DNA from: Botryllus schlosseri
Lineage: Eukaryota
Assembly: GCA_051294905.1 (NCBI GenBank)
Contig: CM119372.1
Coordinates: 13,456,001-13,520,000, forward strand
DNA: 64,000 bases
Direction: 5' to 3'
This document shows positions 37,142 to 50,988 of this stretch, in pieces (position 1 is the stretch's first letter; every line of letters begins with the position of its first letter). The position numbers and the translations under genes were made by a program. The notes beneath the pieces are model-generated. The model saw only the letters and a list, made by a program, of their open reading frames with translations. It ran no database searches and was not told where the DNA came from.

Positions 37142-39530
37142 GGGTAAAATCATATCACTTGGTCCAGGCCATATCCCAACTATCTCGAAACATCACGAAA
37201 ATTGGCATGCTTACAGAGCTTTGTTTTCTGATTTCAGAAATCCAAATTTCAACAAAAAAGGTCAACTAAATCCGAAGGTATGACCGTCCAAAAATTGCCA
37301 TTTTTGTGATCGCTCAGGCAGAAAAATTGTCAGAAATATAAACATGTAACTTAAATTTGCCATAATTCGATCAAATTAGGGTTGTTGAGGATGAGACTTT
37401 CACAATTGTTCATTTACATCCTACTAGATACTTTGCCCCCTACTTTGACTCCTGGGGTTGCATAGTCTGACCTTTAACCCTTTGATTCTGCGCATGTCTT
37501 CGAAAATCGCTCACGCGTGACGTCATTTTTAATTGCAAATTTCTTTTGACCAAGAGGAGGTGTCATCAAGTGTAAGGTGTCATTGGAAAGCTCCTGATAA
37601 GGACTTTCAGAATCAACTATAACATTCCTCGCTATAGAATCATTACATATCATAAGAGTGCCATGAAACTAACCTGCAAATAACATGTTTCAATTGAAAA
37701 TCTCATCTTTCTTAACACGACACAAACTCTGTAAAACAACTAATTTTACTTTTATTCTATATACAGTACCTATTGTACTATACACAAGGTAGTCAGTATA
37801 ACTCAGAACAGATAATTGCTGACATAAATTATGCTGGAAATAATTTTAGGAGATATTTTTTAAAATAATGGAGAAAATTTGCTACACAGTTTGAGGTGAA
37901 CACACAATACTTCAAAAATTAATCAGAATTCACAACTATCGCAATGATAAGATGCAATATCTCATGCATTGTAGTCTTCATGTTATGGTGAGATATTAAC
38001 AATGCACATATCAGAGTCTTCATGCTGTTGGTGAATCTCCAGTAAAGCTGCATTCTCTTTATGGAAATCGAAAAATTAGATACGGAAAAAGAAAAATACA
38101 AGAAAGGAATCTTAATGTTGAAAGAAAGCTTGCCAAGGTTTTACATGTTGATGAGATTCAGGAATTTGTAGGGACGGGAAAAGACAAATATGAAAATGAA
38201 GTTGCTTTTGAAATATCGTATCAAAAATATAAGAAAAAACAATAGCCCTAATTCAACAAGACCTCAAAAAATTCAAATCTTAACAATTGGTCAAGAATGA
38301 AAATCTCGGAAATTTTTGGAGTAAGTGGAAGGTTGTTGAGAGATGCGAAACAGCAAGAACAAGACACTGGAGTTATTCTTTGCCACCACCACAAAAATGG
38401 AAGATGCTTTCAGATGAAAAAATTGAAAAAGTTGTGAAGTTTTTTTGAAACAGCAAAAACAATAGGATGATGCCGGCGTTGGAAGACCGAGTTAGCATCA
38501 AAAAGAGTGTGTATAAACAACACTGAAAGTCAAAGAAGTTTGGAAGACATATCATCAAAGATAAATATATATATCTGATATGTGCAAGTGCATAGTTGAT
38601 ATCTCACCATAATATGAAATCTACCAACCCGCTGACATTGATTTTCGTTGTTATTGTCCATTTCATTGTTTAGTGCTGATCGTTGCCCAAATGTATTGTG
38701 TAGAATAAATAAAATATTGCATCTTATCATTGCGTTAGTTGTGAATTCTGATTCATTTTTGAAGTACTGTGTGTTCACCTCAAACTGTGTAGCAAATTTT
38801 TCTTCAATTTTCAAAAATTATTTCCAGCATAATTTATGTCGGCAATTATCTGTTCTGAGTTATACTGACTACCTTGTGTGTAGTACAATAGGTACTGTAT
38901 ATAGAATAAAAGTAAAATTAGTTGTTTTACAGAGTTTGTGTCATGTTGAGAAAGGTGAGATTTTCAATTAAAACATGTTATTTGCAGGTTAGTTTCATGG
39001 CACTCTTATGGTATGTAATGATTCTATAGCGAGGAATGTTATAGTTGATTCTGAAAGTTCTTATCAGGAGCTTTCCAATGACACCTTACACTTGATGACA
39101 CCACCTCTTGGTCAAAAGAAATTTGCAATTAAAAATGACGTCACGTGTGAGCGATTTTCGAAGACGCGAACAGAATCATGGGGTTAAAGGTCAGACTATG
39201 CAGCCCCAGGTGTCAAAGAAGGGGGCAAAGTATCAAGTAGGATGTAAATGAACAGGTGTGAAAGTGTCACCCTCAACAGCCCTAATTTGACCAAAATATA
39301 GCAGATTTCAATTACATGTGTAAATTTCTGACATTTTTTCCGCTTGAGCGATCACAAAAACAGCAATTTTTGAACGGCCACATCTTCAGTTTTACTTGAC
39401 CGATTTTCATAAAATTTGTTTTTCTGAAATCAGAAAGAAAAGTTTTCTAAGCATACCAATTTCCATGATAATCTGAGATGGTGGGGGCATAAGTTGAAAT
39501 TTTTCTGGACCACCTGACATGATCTGACCC
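37142..39530 (+). mobile_element. Sola2-type non-autonomous DNA transposon with ~820-bp TIRs and decayed transposase remnant
   Basis: GGG...CCC termini, 4-bp TSD CAAT (37138-37141, 39531-39534); arms ~37142-37960 and ~38714-39530; remnant NWSRMKISEIFGVS..AKQ..GVIL and EKVVKFF*..RMMPALEDRVSI at ~38284-38500. Confidence 0.8.
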
Positions 39531-39853
39531 CAATGCCAGTTTTAAAGTTGATTGAGGATTCATCATGAACTTCTAACCGCACAAGGATAAGTTATACATT
39601 TGGACACCTTGCAAAACCATGCATACCAGCAACATGTTATATGCCCAAGTATCCCGATTAACTTGGTGGTCGCAGCATGTGTTATTACCTCACTGTATTA
39701 TTTGTGCATCAACATGAAGAGTTGCAGCTCACAAGGTTTACATAGATTAGTTCGACGTGTCAACGATTGTAGACTGGCTGTCATGGTGTTGATGCAGGAA
39801 TGACCGACTCGAATGAATTTATAATGAAGGCCTACATTTAATGTACATACATT

Positions 39854-40438
39854 AGGGCTGTTCGAAAACAATTTTTTCTTTCAAATTTCACTGGCTATGT
39901 GATTAAATTATTTGGCCTATGTTGGCTAAAACAACGCTGCACACCAAATTTTGCTCAATTCCAACCAGTAGAAGTGAGATTCTTGCAGTAGAAAGCTTTG
40001 AATTTATCATATATAAAAATTATTCTGCCGACCCTATAAAATTGTTAGGCTGTCGGTATGCATATCAAATTTTGCTCAATTCCAACCAGTAGAAGCGAGG
40101 TTATTGCAATAGAAAAATTGGATTTGAATAAAATAGTATTTACGGTGGCTAATCTTCAATTTATTATAAAATCATGGAATTTTGCTACTGCAATAACTTT
40201 GCTTCTAGTGGTTGGAATTGACCTGAATTTGGTGTGCATCATCTCTACTGACCGCCTAACAATTTTATGGGGTAAAAAATTTGAAATTTTATGATAAATT
40301 CAAAATTTTCTACTTCAAGAATATCGCTTCTACTGGTCAGAATTGAGCCAAATTTGGGGTTTGTTGTTTTTAGCCAACAAAACAATTTTGTCCCGTAGCC
40401 AGTGAAATTTGATAGGAGAAATTGTTTTTAACAGCCCT
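39854..40438. mobile_element. Palindromic (hairpin) MITE
   Basis: AGGGCTGTT..AAACAATTT..TCAAATTTCACTGGCTA mirrored at the right end; internal duplicated AAATTTTGCTCAATTCCAACCAGTAGAAG blocks; superfamily unclear. Confidence 0.75.
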
Positions 40439-41026
40439 GTGGAATGAGACACTTAGGCTACATGGTCTTGACCTCATTTAGCAGACTGTCAATCAAAGCA
40501 GCTTTTCATGGAAATATCTACAATCTAGCAGTGTAGGCTATGTTCACTTAAATCAGTAGACGGTGGCGCCCTCGTCTCTGTACTTGAATCTAACCCTGCC
40601 TGACACACAGAGCCACAATTTTCATGAAAATATTTACTGTGTAGGCCATGTTCTAAAATGTAGTTTTGCATCAAAATAGCTTCTCTCTGAACACCATTCA
40701 CGCGAAAAACGTTCATAAATACACAATGATCACAATCTTTTTTTGTGACGGCATCTATAATGAACTCGGAGATTTGTTGACCTTGTATATTCAGACCTAT
40801 AACACTTCTCACAGGCTAATTTCGTATGATCAACACTCGACAGGGTAACTTCCAGCCCCTGTATATATTTCGATTTCACTCCTCTGGAACGAACGCCTCT
40901 TCTAATGAATCCACTTTCAATAGTTCAATTGCAGGAACATCAATAGGTCACACATGAATGGAGATGAAACTTCGATTTTGCGAGTTGTTTGTTGAACTTT
41001 TCACTTCATTGAGGGGTTTGAACTTT

Positions 41027-44000
41027 TCACTTCATTGAGGGGTAACTCCAATCCTGCAGCGGCTGATATGTACGCTTTACAACAACAGGTGACACCCATT
41101 TATGGAGGTAGTGAGGACCGCCAGGCTTATCATTTGTTCCGGATTTGCGGGCGCCCCCAAACCATTGCTGGGCCACAACCGAACCGGTTGACTTGTCATT
41201 AATGTAGAGGTTTCCGGTTGCGTTACGAAGGACATCCTTTGCTTCTTCAACCAAAGACCTGAACAGAATACTATCACTGTCACCATGGCAGATCAGTCGT
41301 ATACAATGTGAACTCACTCATCTGTACTGTAAATGGAGCCTGTAAGACCGAACGGAGAAGTTTCATCGATCATTTTAAGGGTGGATTTGTATTCTGAATC
41401 CTTGTAAATGTAGCACGTCAGTACAGGTCCGAAGATTTCCTGCAAAATATTCGGTCAGAATAAGAATAATCATGAATAAATTTAGAAATTGTGGATACCA
41501 TTTTCTCAAAAATAGACCACACATCATCTGTAGTTAATTGTCTCATTCCTGAATTTTTACTACCGCATACCTCGTTCATCAGCTTTTCTTGCGGATTGGT
41601 AGTCTTCAGTATAGTGGGTTCCACGAAAAAACCCACAGAATCATCGCAATTCCCTCCAGCCAAAACTTCCACATCCGACGATGACTTGGCATGCTCAATG
41701 TACGACTTCACTCGTTTGAATGAGGCTGCATCGATGACGGCAGAAGTGAAAATGCCGAGGTCTTTGGGCTGTTATGCAAAGTCATATAATTATATGCTAT
41801 TTGACAACTGGCAATGATACCTCTCCAATTTTCAAATTCTTGCAAGCTTCGAGCAGAGCCTCTTTGAACTCGGGCCACATTGATTCCGAGATATAAGCAC
41901 GAGAACAAGCGGAACACTTTTGTCCGCTAAACTCGAAGGCGGAACGGATGGTGCCATTCACAATGCTAGATGTAAAAATAGACGCACTGATATTATTCAG
42001 CTTTGTGTCCAGTTGGGTTGAAGTGACCAAATTTCTAGGACGTTTTTGATTGAGTTTATAGCAAGTATTTGTTGAACATCCTAAATTGATGGCATATTAT
42101 TCTCAATTTATTACATCTTAGATCTTATACCGATCACTAAAAGTTTCCCATTGCTATTGATGTACCTTACATTGTAGCCTAGATTTGAAAGCCTTATTGC
42201 TTTTGAAATTCTCGTTGAATCGCGTCAATTAAGGCATTTGTGAATTATTTCCGGTATGGGCTTTCTCAATTGCATTTGGTAAAGCAGGAAGTTGTCCGCC
42301 ACGATCAAAGTGCAAAACTGCACAGTGCACACTAAGCCAGAAAGCAATGCCATCACCTGGTCACATCCCCAGAGTATATGAAATGAAAATTTTTTCCACC
42401 ACATTCACCACCAAGCCTTGGGAATGTACGATAATTCATCAGATTCTGACCCACTTGCTGCCACAATCTTGTGAAGGTCCTGAACCGAAAGATGATATTC
42501 ACACTTTTTTCACTGATTACAGAAACGTAATAGGCTTACGGAACACTTCCTGTAAAGTTGATACCAGCCAAGTCCTTCGACGATGTAACTGTGTCTCCAA
42601 AAGTGGGCCCGTCGGCTGGCACAAATTGTATCACACCAGGAGGGAGTCCACATTCGACAAGAATTTTATAGGTCAGGTAATTCGATAGCATTGCAGTGTC
42701 GCTGGGTTTCCACAGTACAACATTTCCCTTAAATGATATTGATAAAAGGTAGACTATGAAGTGGTTAAGAGAAGCAGATGTATCCTACCACCATGGCAGG
42801 AGCTCCAGCAAGATTTCCACCAATTGCCGTGAAATTGAACGGTGATATGGCAGCCACAAATCCCTGAAATATAGAACGGTGCTAACTGACATGACAGGTG
42901 ACGTACAATACCAAAAAGCAGCCATCGACATCACTTGAGTACAACTTATGTTTCTGTAGGTGCCACAATAATTTTGAGAATAATAACTTGTTTCAAAGTA
43001 TTCAAACAATATACCTAAACGCTACTTTGCGAAAATGAATCTTATTTCAAACCTCCAATCCTCTATAGTCCGTGGTATTGGTGTAAACTTCAGGAGTAGG
43101 ACTGATAGGCTGGTGGGCAACCATGTCCATGGCATATTTTGCATTGAAACGGAAGAAATCCACGAGTTCGGGTCCGGCATCAATTTCCGCTTGAACAATA
43201 CTCTTGGCCTTGATATGAAAGACAATGGATCATTGTGATAGAAATGGACCGCTGAAGCTAACACCATAATTAGCATTGGGTTTGGGTACCTTCTATATAT
43301 TAGCCACATTTTGAACATTTACTGCTCACTGCCCGTGTAATGTAATCATGTGGATTTGTTAGAAATTTCAGCATGGGTGGTTACTGGTTAGTTTCAAAGT
43401 ACTTCTACTCATTCAAAGTGCTCCAGTAGGCATTTTTGATTTGTATCCCCCGAAGGGTTATGGATTAAGACTTCCATTGCCAGTTGATGAATCTATACCA
43501 CTTATTTCGTGAGATGAGGTAGGGACCATATACAGTCGAAAATTGCACATTTATGCCACCACAAGTCATGTTAGTTGCAACGATGCATCTTGCAATTTTT
43601 AAATGCGACTCCAATCTACTTCTACAAACTACCTACTGGAGTAATTAACTTACAGACCTTTTGATGTCCAGGCCTACGTAAAGCAGTTGGACAATTCCTC
43701 AAAATCGTTAATCCTTGTAATCTAGTGGAAAATTATGACATTATGTGGTAACGTGGACTTCTCAATCAATGCGTATTTCGACCAATGTTGCTTTCAAGCG
43801 CCAGGACGTAGTATGTTTTCATCCTTAATGGTTTTGCGGCATATACACTGACTCGTGATATACATACAATGAGCGTATCATGTGGATATGCTGCTGGACA
43901 AGCAAGGTGCAGATATAGCATGGCAATGCTTTCCAAGTCTTGTACCACCCCTCCATGCTAAACCCGATAATGCTGAGCACCAAGCAGGGAAGCCACGGAT

Positions 44001-47000
44001 ACCAGTGTTACTAATCAGGTCTTTGGTCTGACCAGGCGGCGGATTGAACCCATGACCTACCGATCAAGAAGCCGGAAGCTCTCGCTACACCATTACACTA
44101 TCTGGACGGCCAATATTACAGGAGTACCATGATATATATTTAACAGTTATCTGTGAGAAATTGTTAGGCCTACCACGAAAAGTCATGCAAGCAACAAAAG
44201 AGGGGCCAATTTAATATTTCCAACTCTTGTTTTGGATTTGAGAATTCGCACAAAATCCGAATCTATAATTTTGTTCGAATAATGTTTACCTCCATATCCG
44301 GTAACTACTGACACCTATTTAACACTCTGATAATTGGAAACTACTAGAATTGAATGACACGTCCATTCACCAACCTGTCCAGCCATGGTGGCGGCTAAAA
44401 TGTCGGCACGCTTCTCGCCGGCAATCATGTCGGCTGCTTTGAGGAAAATTTGCACCCTGTCCTGCATTGGCTTTCTTTCCCACTCCCTTCGTACAGAGAG
44501 AGCGTTTTCGATTGCCTTGTCAATTATGTCCGATGAGGCATAGTAGTATTTTGCAATCTTTTGATGATGGTTGTAAGGCTGAAATACAGTATGGTTATCG
44601 AATATATTGTGATAAATTCTTGCATACTTAATTAGACAGTGACTTCATTTCTATTAATGATTTTCTTTATTTTATCTCGATACAAGTGGGAATGAAATAT
44701 ATAGAGGGGTACTGGAGGGGATATCAATTACTTTCCAGGCAATCAGTTACTTGATGCAGGATGAGAGAAAATAATTGACAGCATATGCTAACAACAGAGG
44801 GTCAGTAAAACCAGGCCGTGCAATCGTCGCATGACTGGCTGCTCTCACAGGTCACACCCGTGTGTCGAGAGGTACAGGTACAGGTACAGCAATTTAGTTG
44901 ATACCAATTACTTCAAGTCGAAATTGACTTGAGAATTTTGGCATTGAGTCACGAGTGAATCCACATTTGTCAAATGCTAAGTCATTTTTGTGACTCCAGC
45001 CAAGTCATGTAAAAAGATTGACCCGAGTCGTGCCAACACCGCTCGACAGTAGACGCATAACGTATGATTATCATTTATCAATACTAGGGTTGTCCATAAT
45101 TTGGAAAATCTCAAAATGCATGCGTATCCATGCCTCATTTTATAGATTATAGATAAAAAACGTCAATGAACCTGCAATAAGCTCACAGGAAAGTCGGTAA
45201 CATTTGTCTAAATGCGTTTGAAAGTAGCTGCCGTAGAGTGGGCGTGTCAGCGACCATAGAACGGCAAGCAGACTAGTAATCACGAAATCACGGCGCTTGA
45301 TTGGCTAATCTGTTATGCTTCAATGATCACGACGGTGGCGACTTGCTGATCAGCTGGTCAAGGAGTCGGCTAACGGCGGTGATTCTGTAAGCGCATTGTA
45401 GGTTGGTCCGCAGATAATGATTCAAGATTAATTCAGAACATGTTGAGTGACGAAATACATGATGAACAAAGAACAGCTGCTTCACAAAAACTTCAAATAC
45501 ATGACTTGATGGCTTATTGTGAAGGCAACCGTTCTAGCCTGCATGCCTTGTTTTCGTCGAGGGAAAGCACAAAAACACGAGAAGAAATATTGCAAAGGCG
45601 CTTATGCAAGTGGCGAACGAACTTCTAGTTTCAGAGGGGATGTTCTATGATTGAACACAAATATAAAACTTGATATTGACACTACTGTGTCTGATCTTAT
45701 CTTGTCGTGGTAGCCTATATAATTGAAGTCTTAAAAGCTGTTCGGGCTGGATGAATCAGCCATTTATGCTTGGCACTTGTCACATTCTTGCAGCATAATG
45801 AATCATACCCGCGAGTGCTGTCTAAAGTCCTCAATGATGCCCCGGAAGAAGGTCTAAAGGCAAGCATAGACTATGCTGGTAGGACCAGTAAAAAGACTGT
45901 TCGCTTGCATTGTTTAGCACAGTGGTTCCCAACCTTTTTCGACCCATCGCCCCCTTTTCAAGGTCAACACCGATCATCGCCCCCCAAATTTTGTGCACCG
46001 ATAATTGGGCATACAGGCTGTAATCACCGGCGGGTTGACTAAAAAAAAAAAAAAAAAAAGGTCATCTTTCTCTGCTCAGAGCTGAAAATAACGTTTTTTC
46101 TCTCCGAATGGCTAGGTGGATGACTAAAAAAAAAAAAGGTCAGCCGTTTTGACGCGTCATCGCCCCCCTATCGCCCCCTTCGCTATTTTCGCCCCCCGTC
46201 GCCCCCTTTGTCCATTTTCGCCCCCCTATCGCCCCCTTCGTAATTTTCGCCCCCCTAGATCGCCAAATCGCCCCCTGGGGGGCGATATCGCCCACGTTGG
46301 GAACCACTGGTTTAGCATGTCCATAATGAATCTTAGATCATTACCGGCTGCATAATGACTAATGCTAGAATCAAACCAGACATGGACATAAAAAGAATGT
46401 ATTGAAGCGGCGCGGTAGTTACATTTCTTTAGAGTCCCAATGCAAGCTACCTGGTCGGCCCACATATCTTCTGAGCATACAGGGTTGTGTCCAGAATCCA
46501 TCTCGCATGGTGTGCTGGACCAGTTTGGCGATAACTAATATACTTTACCTGCACTGCACCCAGAAAAGCAGGACCACTTGGCGTAATCTCAATCATATCA
46601 GATAGGTATTTCTGGGATCTATAAGTTCACAAGCATTCGCTGTTTCACCTCTGTCATGCCTGCAAGAGGGTATTGTTGTTCTGAACCTAGCGTTATCTAG
46701 TTTTAACACTAAAAATTCAATGATCAAGTGTCTCATTTTAGTATTTAATCACCAACGTACAATGCGCTTACAGAATCATTGCCGTTAGCGTACTTCTTGA
46801 ACTAGCAGAAGCACATAATCAGCAAGCCGCCGTGGTCGTGATCATTGAAGCATAGCCGATTAACCAATCAAGAGACATGATTTCGTGATTACTTGTCTTC
46901 TCGTCGTTCTATGGTCGCTAACCCGCCCACTCTATGGCAGCTACTTTCAAATGCATTTAGACAAATGTTAAGTACTTTCCTCTAAGCTTATTGCAGGTTC

Positions 47001-50000
47001 ATTGACGTTTTTTATCAATACTCTACAGAATGAGACATGGATACGCATATATTTTGAGATTTTCCAAATTTTGGACAACCCTAATCAATACTCACTTTGT
47101 CACTTAACAGCATACGGTATTGTTTACAAATTTCTTTACATAATCAAACTAATCTAATGTGAACTCAAGTGAGGTACCAACCGATACTTGGTAGCGGACA
47201 TCTTGTGTGCGTATGCTTTCCCCTCCGACAATGATAGGTATGTCCTCGACTGTAGATTCTATTTTCGCCAGCGATTCCAATACTTCTGACCGTACTTTTG
47301 ATCCAGGCTCAAAATCATAAACAGGTTCATTGTGCACAGACAATGTTCTCGCAGTTATGGTGCGCCTGGAAAATTAAGCGCAGAATTATTCGAAAGACAC
47401 ATTAAAATTTAATTATACTATAGTAAAATGAAACAGACATAGACTAAAAACAATTACAATTACGGCTGGGCGAAATCGAGTACCAGAGTGATTCGATTCT
47501 GAATCGCGTATTATGCTTCGAGTCGAGTATCAGTATCACCCATTATAAGGTTCAAATATTTTCCTTTAATGCCACCACAAATAATATAGTGTCGGTTTCA
47601 GTGGAGAGCAGCTTATAATTGAAATCAGTTCTCGAAAAAAGTGTTATTTGCTACTCGAATCATAAAAATAATTACTCGATTCAGATTCGAGTACTCAAAT
47701 CATTGTGCTCAGCCCTAATTATAATATCATATATTGATAGTAAAATAAGACAGTTTACATTCTTACAGGGATATCTATTTCTAGATATCCCTGCATTCTT
47801 ACTTTGGTTGCCATATCAGAAGTTGAGATAATATACCATCGATGTGGTCAAAGTATTCATTCTTGGTGCTCAAGTAAAGTAGAAGTGATATCATAAATTT
47901 AAGGTTAATTATAAGTAGCCTACTGATTTTTAAAAGCACTTGCAATAGAAAATGAAAGGCTGAGAAGTATTCACGTAAGTAGTTGGAAGAAGTAGGTTGG
48001 AATGACTTTTGTCCATCAATGGCCAGTGAGTGATAGTTTTTAATATAAAATTGCAATGCATCTTCGTGACAAAAGCAAAGTGACAAATGTCAGTGAAAAT
48101 GAGTGCAGTTTTAGAAATTATAATATGTCTCCGTCATCTTTGGTCGGTTAGTCTGCATCTGCCAGTTATTATGACCATTAGCCCACACTCGTCAAAGTGA
48201 AGGATAACAGACAGTGAGAAAAAAATACAATATAATTGGGATGGATGTTCTGCGCTTTGGCTGTTGCCGGACATTTGTAGCAGTGATGGGATCAAGTCAC
48301 TACCTGTGAGTCACAACTCACAAGTCATTGCACATTTTGACTCGAGTCAAGTCAAGTCACAATTCAAGTCAAATTGTCGTTTTGAAGTACGAGGCATGAT
48401 TAAGTCATTGCATTCACCATTTCTTCAATACTACGAACTATATATTTTTCTCTTTTCCACTCTCACCTGCAATATGGAATCGTAGTATGGGGAAGTGCAT
48501 GCAAAACATTTCTGTGCAGAATTCGAACCCTGCAAAACCGTGCGATACGGCTGATCTCATCTGTACCTTTACGTACCAATTTATCGCCTTACTACCGTAA
48601 GCATCGAATTTTGCGAGTTGATGAGCTATATCGCTTCGAAGTATCAAAAGTTGTTCACAAATATTTTTCCAATAGTCTGCCTCCTGTGTTTGATGACTTT
48701 TTCATACCTGCTAAAAATGTCCATTCCCATTACACGAGATCCTCGTCAAAGGGGAATATCTACTTACCCCCACCCAATAGCAACCTAACTAAGAGATCTA
48801 TCGACTACTCGGGACCTATCATTTGGAATGCATTACCGCCACATATCCGTGAATTGCCTTATGATAGATTCAAAAAAGCCCTACTTGATCACCTCTTATC
48901 GTTACACTAACACTGTTGCCCTACCTCGCCCAGACATTGCTTCATTGATCATTTGCTACCATCGTTTAATTTTTCTTCTATTTTATTTTTTTAACTACTG
49001 TAACTTTTTTTACAGCCAGACTGTTTAGAGTCAAGTGTACCTGTTTGATGCTGGTGTGATCAGACTAGATGACCCTCACGGTCTTATCGATCATTCCTAT
49101 CTAATACCGAATACTGTGCATGCATATTTTCTGTACCACCACCACTGCCGTGTGTTATGTATTTTGGTTTGATGAAAAATAAAGACCCTCTCTCTCTCTC
49201 TCTCTTTGACCTAATATAGAAGTAAGACTCATGCATGTCTAGAATTACTATACTACGTAAGTAACTGTACACCGGTACCCATTACCTTCCGTATATAATT
49301 ATCCGCCAAAATAGAGAATAGAATACGAAAAATCGGATACCGGTAGTTGAAACGATGTGATATGATGCACTACCCAATTACATATCCAAGAGATATAATT
49401 TAAGCCTGCGCCGATAGTTCTCGAGAAAATATAAACTATATTCAAATTCAATTTAAATCATACCAGAGGTTTGGTTAAGGTGAGCACCGGGCACCAATGA
49501 TCAGTCTGTAGAACAGAGACGGGTACTTTGCTATTATATTGCTCTCCTACGAGTTAACGACAACGTACGCTGTAAGCTCCTATCATTTCGTTTGCGGTCA
49601 ATTCATTGTGATAGAACAATGGAGGTCCAGTAAAAGACCATCGAATAAATGAAACTGGTCGCTCTCACAGGTCACAGCAGCGTTATCGAGACTACTCCCA
49701 AATCATGAAACATATAGCGATATTTATTGACACCGATTACTTGAATTTGACTCGTCAATTTTGCTCTAAATCACGAACCAATCTACATTTTTGAAACGCC
49801 GAGTCAAGTCATTTTTGTAAACGTGGCTCGAATCAAGTCAAGTCATAGGAAAAAGGTGACTCGAGTCTGACTGGAATCAAATCATGACTCGAGTCATCCC
49901 AACACTGATTTGTAGCTGGTCAGTATATATACCAGCTAAAATGTTTGGGAACAACTGATCAAAAGTCTATGCTTATATCACCTAGTTTGTTGCATCTTTA

Positions 50001-50820
50001 TATCAAATTGTAAGGACATAATAGTACTGACAATCAGCTATTCACTACTGACAAACAGAGGTGGTCAGTAAGTACATTCTACTTTATATATTTTCGAAGA
50101 TCGTATTTGCAGTGTCATTATTCATAGATTTTTGTATGAGACTGATCTGTATTTTGATTGGATGAAAATAAAGACGCTCTCTCACATGGAGATAGGCTAT
50201 AGCTTGCAATTTCGAAAGCAGTCATATTTGATTACCTGCCAAAAGTATGCAATCTCTCAATGCAATCTACATTTTGAAACTACTTGGTAGTTTCGAGCCT
50301 TTCATTTTCTTCCTCCACTTGAAGCAATTTGTCATGTCTTGGGGAATGCTACTTCTAATTGAGTAGTAACACTAAGTCACTGACTATTTTGATCACCTCT
50401 AATTGAAAGACACATATTAGAGAAATAATCTAAAATTAAACGCTGGACTCTGGACATAAGATGCAATTTATAAAACTTCTACCTTAAGACTTTTGGCACT
50501 GAAATATGAAAGTTTATAAAGTGTAAAGTGTGAAGGTTTCGGAGCCCTACTGCATCAGTATGGAGAGCATACTTAGTGTGCTAGTTGATACAGCGAGTCA
50601 ATTAGTTATTTTCAAATTGGTTATAGAAAAGCCAAAACCACCATGCGATTTGTAGAAATATTGACAAAGTGTACCGTACTAACATCATCTGAGTCTGACA
50701 AGTGACACAAAGGACGTTTATATTGCCTATACTTCTATACAATCTTTAAACGAGTATAAGAGCAAATACCTACCCGGATATTCGCGACACCGAAAATAAC
50801 TTCGCACCCCGACATAACAT
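41027..50820 (-). CDS. ALDH4A1: Delta-1-pyrroline-5-carboxylate dehydrogenase, mitochondrial, multi-exon
   Basis: Inferred exon 1 50774-50820 MLCRGAKLFSVSRISG splices in frame to RTITARTLSVHNEPVYDFEPGS (47365); later exons include AAELVDFFRFN-like, INFTGSV, GECGGKNFHF, AFEFSGQKCSACSR, ATGNLYINDKSTGSVVAQQWFGGARKSGTNDKPGGPHYL..SMK*. Confidence 0.93.
43760..44111 (-). mobile_element. tRNA-derived SINE in an ALDH4A1 intron
   Basis: Minus strand GGCCGTCCAGA-TAGTGTAATGG (A box) ... GGGTTCAATCCG (B box), followed by non-tRNA body TGGTATCCGTGGCTTCCCTGCTTGGTGCTCAGCAT; 3' end approximate. Confidence 0.65.
45085..47083. mobile_element. hAT-type non-autonomous element with ~260-bp TIRs
   Basis: TAGGGTTGTCCA..GGAAAATCTCAAAAT mirrored; 8-bp TSD ATCAATAC (45077-45084, 47084-47091). 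Confidence 0.87.
45920..46309. mobile_element. MITE (TCGCCCCC repeats) nested in 45085-47083
   Basis: TIR CAGTGGTTCCCAAC / GTTGGGAACCACTG; 8-bp TSD GTTTAGCA. Confidence 0.88.
47461..47717. mobile_element. MITE
   Basis: TACGGCTGGGC / GCTCAGCCCTA ends; TSD ATTACAAT/ATTATAAT. Confidence 0.7.
48281..49907. mobile_element. hAT-type MITE (GACTCGAGTC family) interrupted by a LINE fragment
   Basis: TIR CAGTGATGGGAT / ATCCCAACACTG; 8-bp TSD ATTTGTAG. Confidence 0.8.
48410..49206 (+). mobile_element. 5'-truncated CR1/L2/Crack-group LINE (ORF2 C-terminus, 3'UTR, (CT)n tail)
   Basis: In-frame SILRTIYFSLFHSHLQYGIVVWGSAC..LQNRAIRLI..HSHYTRSS..YSGPIIWNALP..FKKALL* (stop 48910); AATAAA then (CT)n; tail siblings at ~50145-50185 and ~62748-62820. 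Confidence 0.85.
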
Positions 50821-50988
50821 GATGATCGCCTCCAGACGCTACGGTAGGTCACATTTAAATCAAACAACCAGCTAGGAACAATACGGGTCATCTAAGTTCG
50901 AGGCACGCAAACGGTCTGGGGGCGTGTGTTAGAATTCAACCAATGATATGTGATACCGTTGTGGGCTGGGTTTGGGCTCTGAGCACTG

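Noticed and set aside
44030..44111. tRNA gene
   Set aside because: A and B boxes are present but no acceptor stem closes, and the sequence runs into a SINE-like body.
48438..48647. Minus-strand 'LAKFDAYG' ORF as an inverted LINE 5' segment
   Set aside because: The plus strand is a continuous in-frame LINE ORF2 through this region, so the minus ORF is an antisense shadow.
49465..49506. Possible 42-nt ALDH4A1 exon with AG/GT borders
   Set aside because: It introduces a stop in the required phase and lies inside a MITE.
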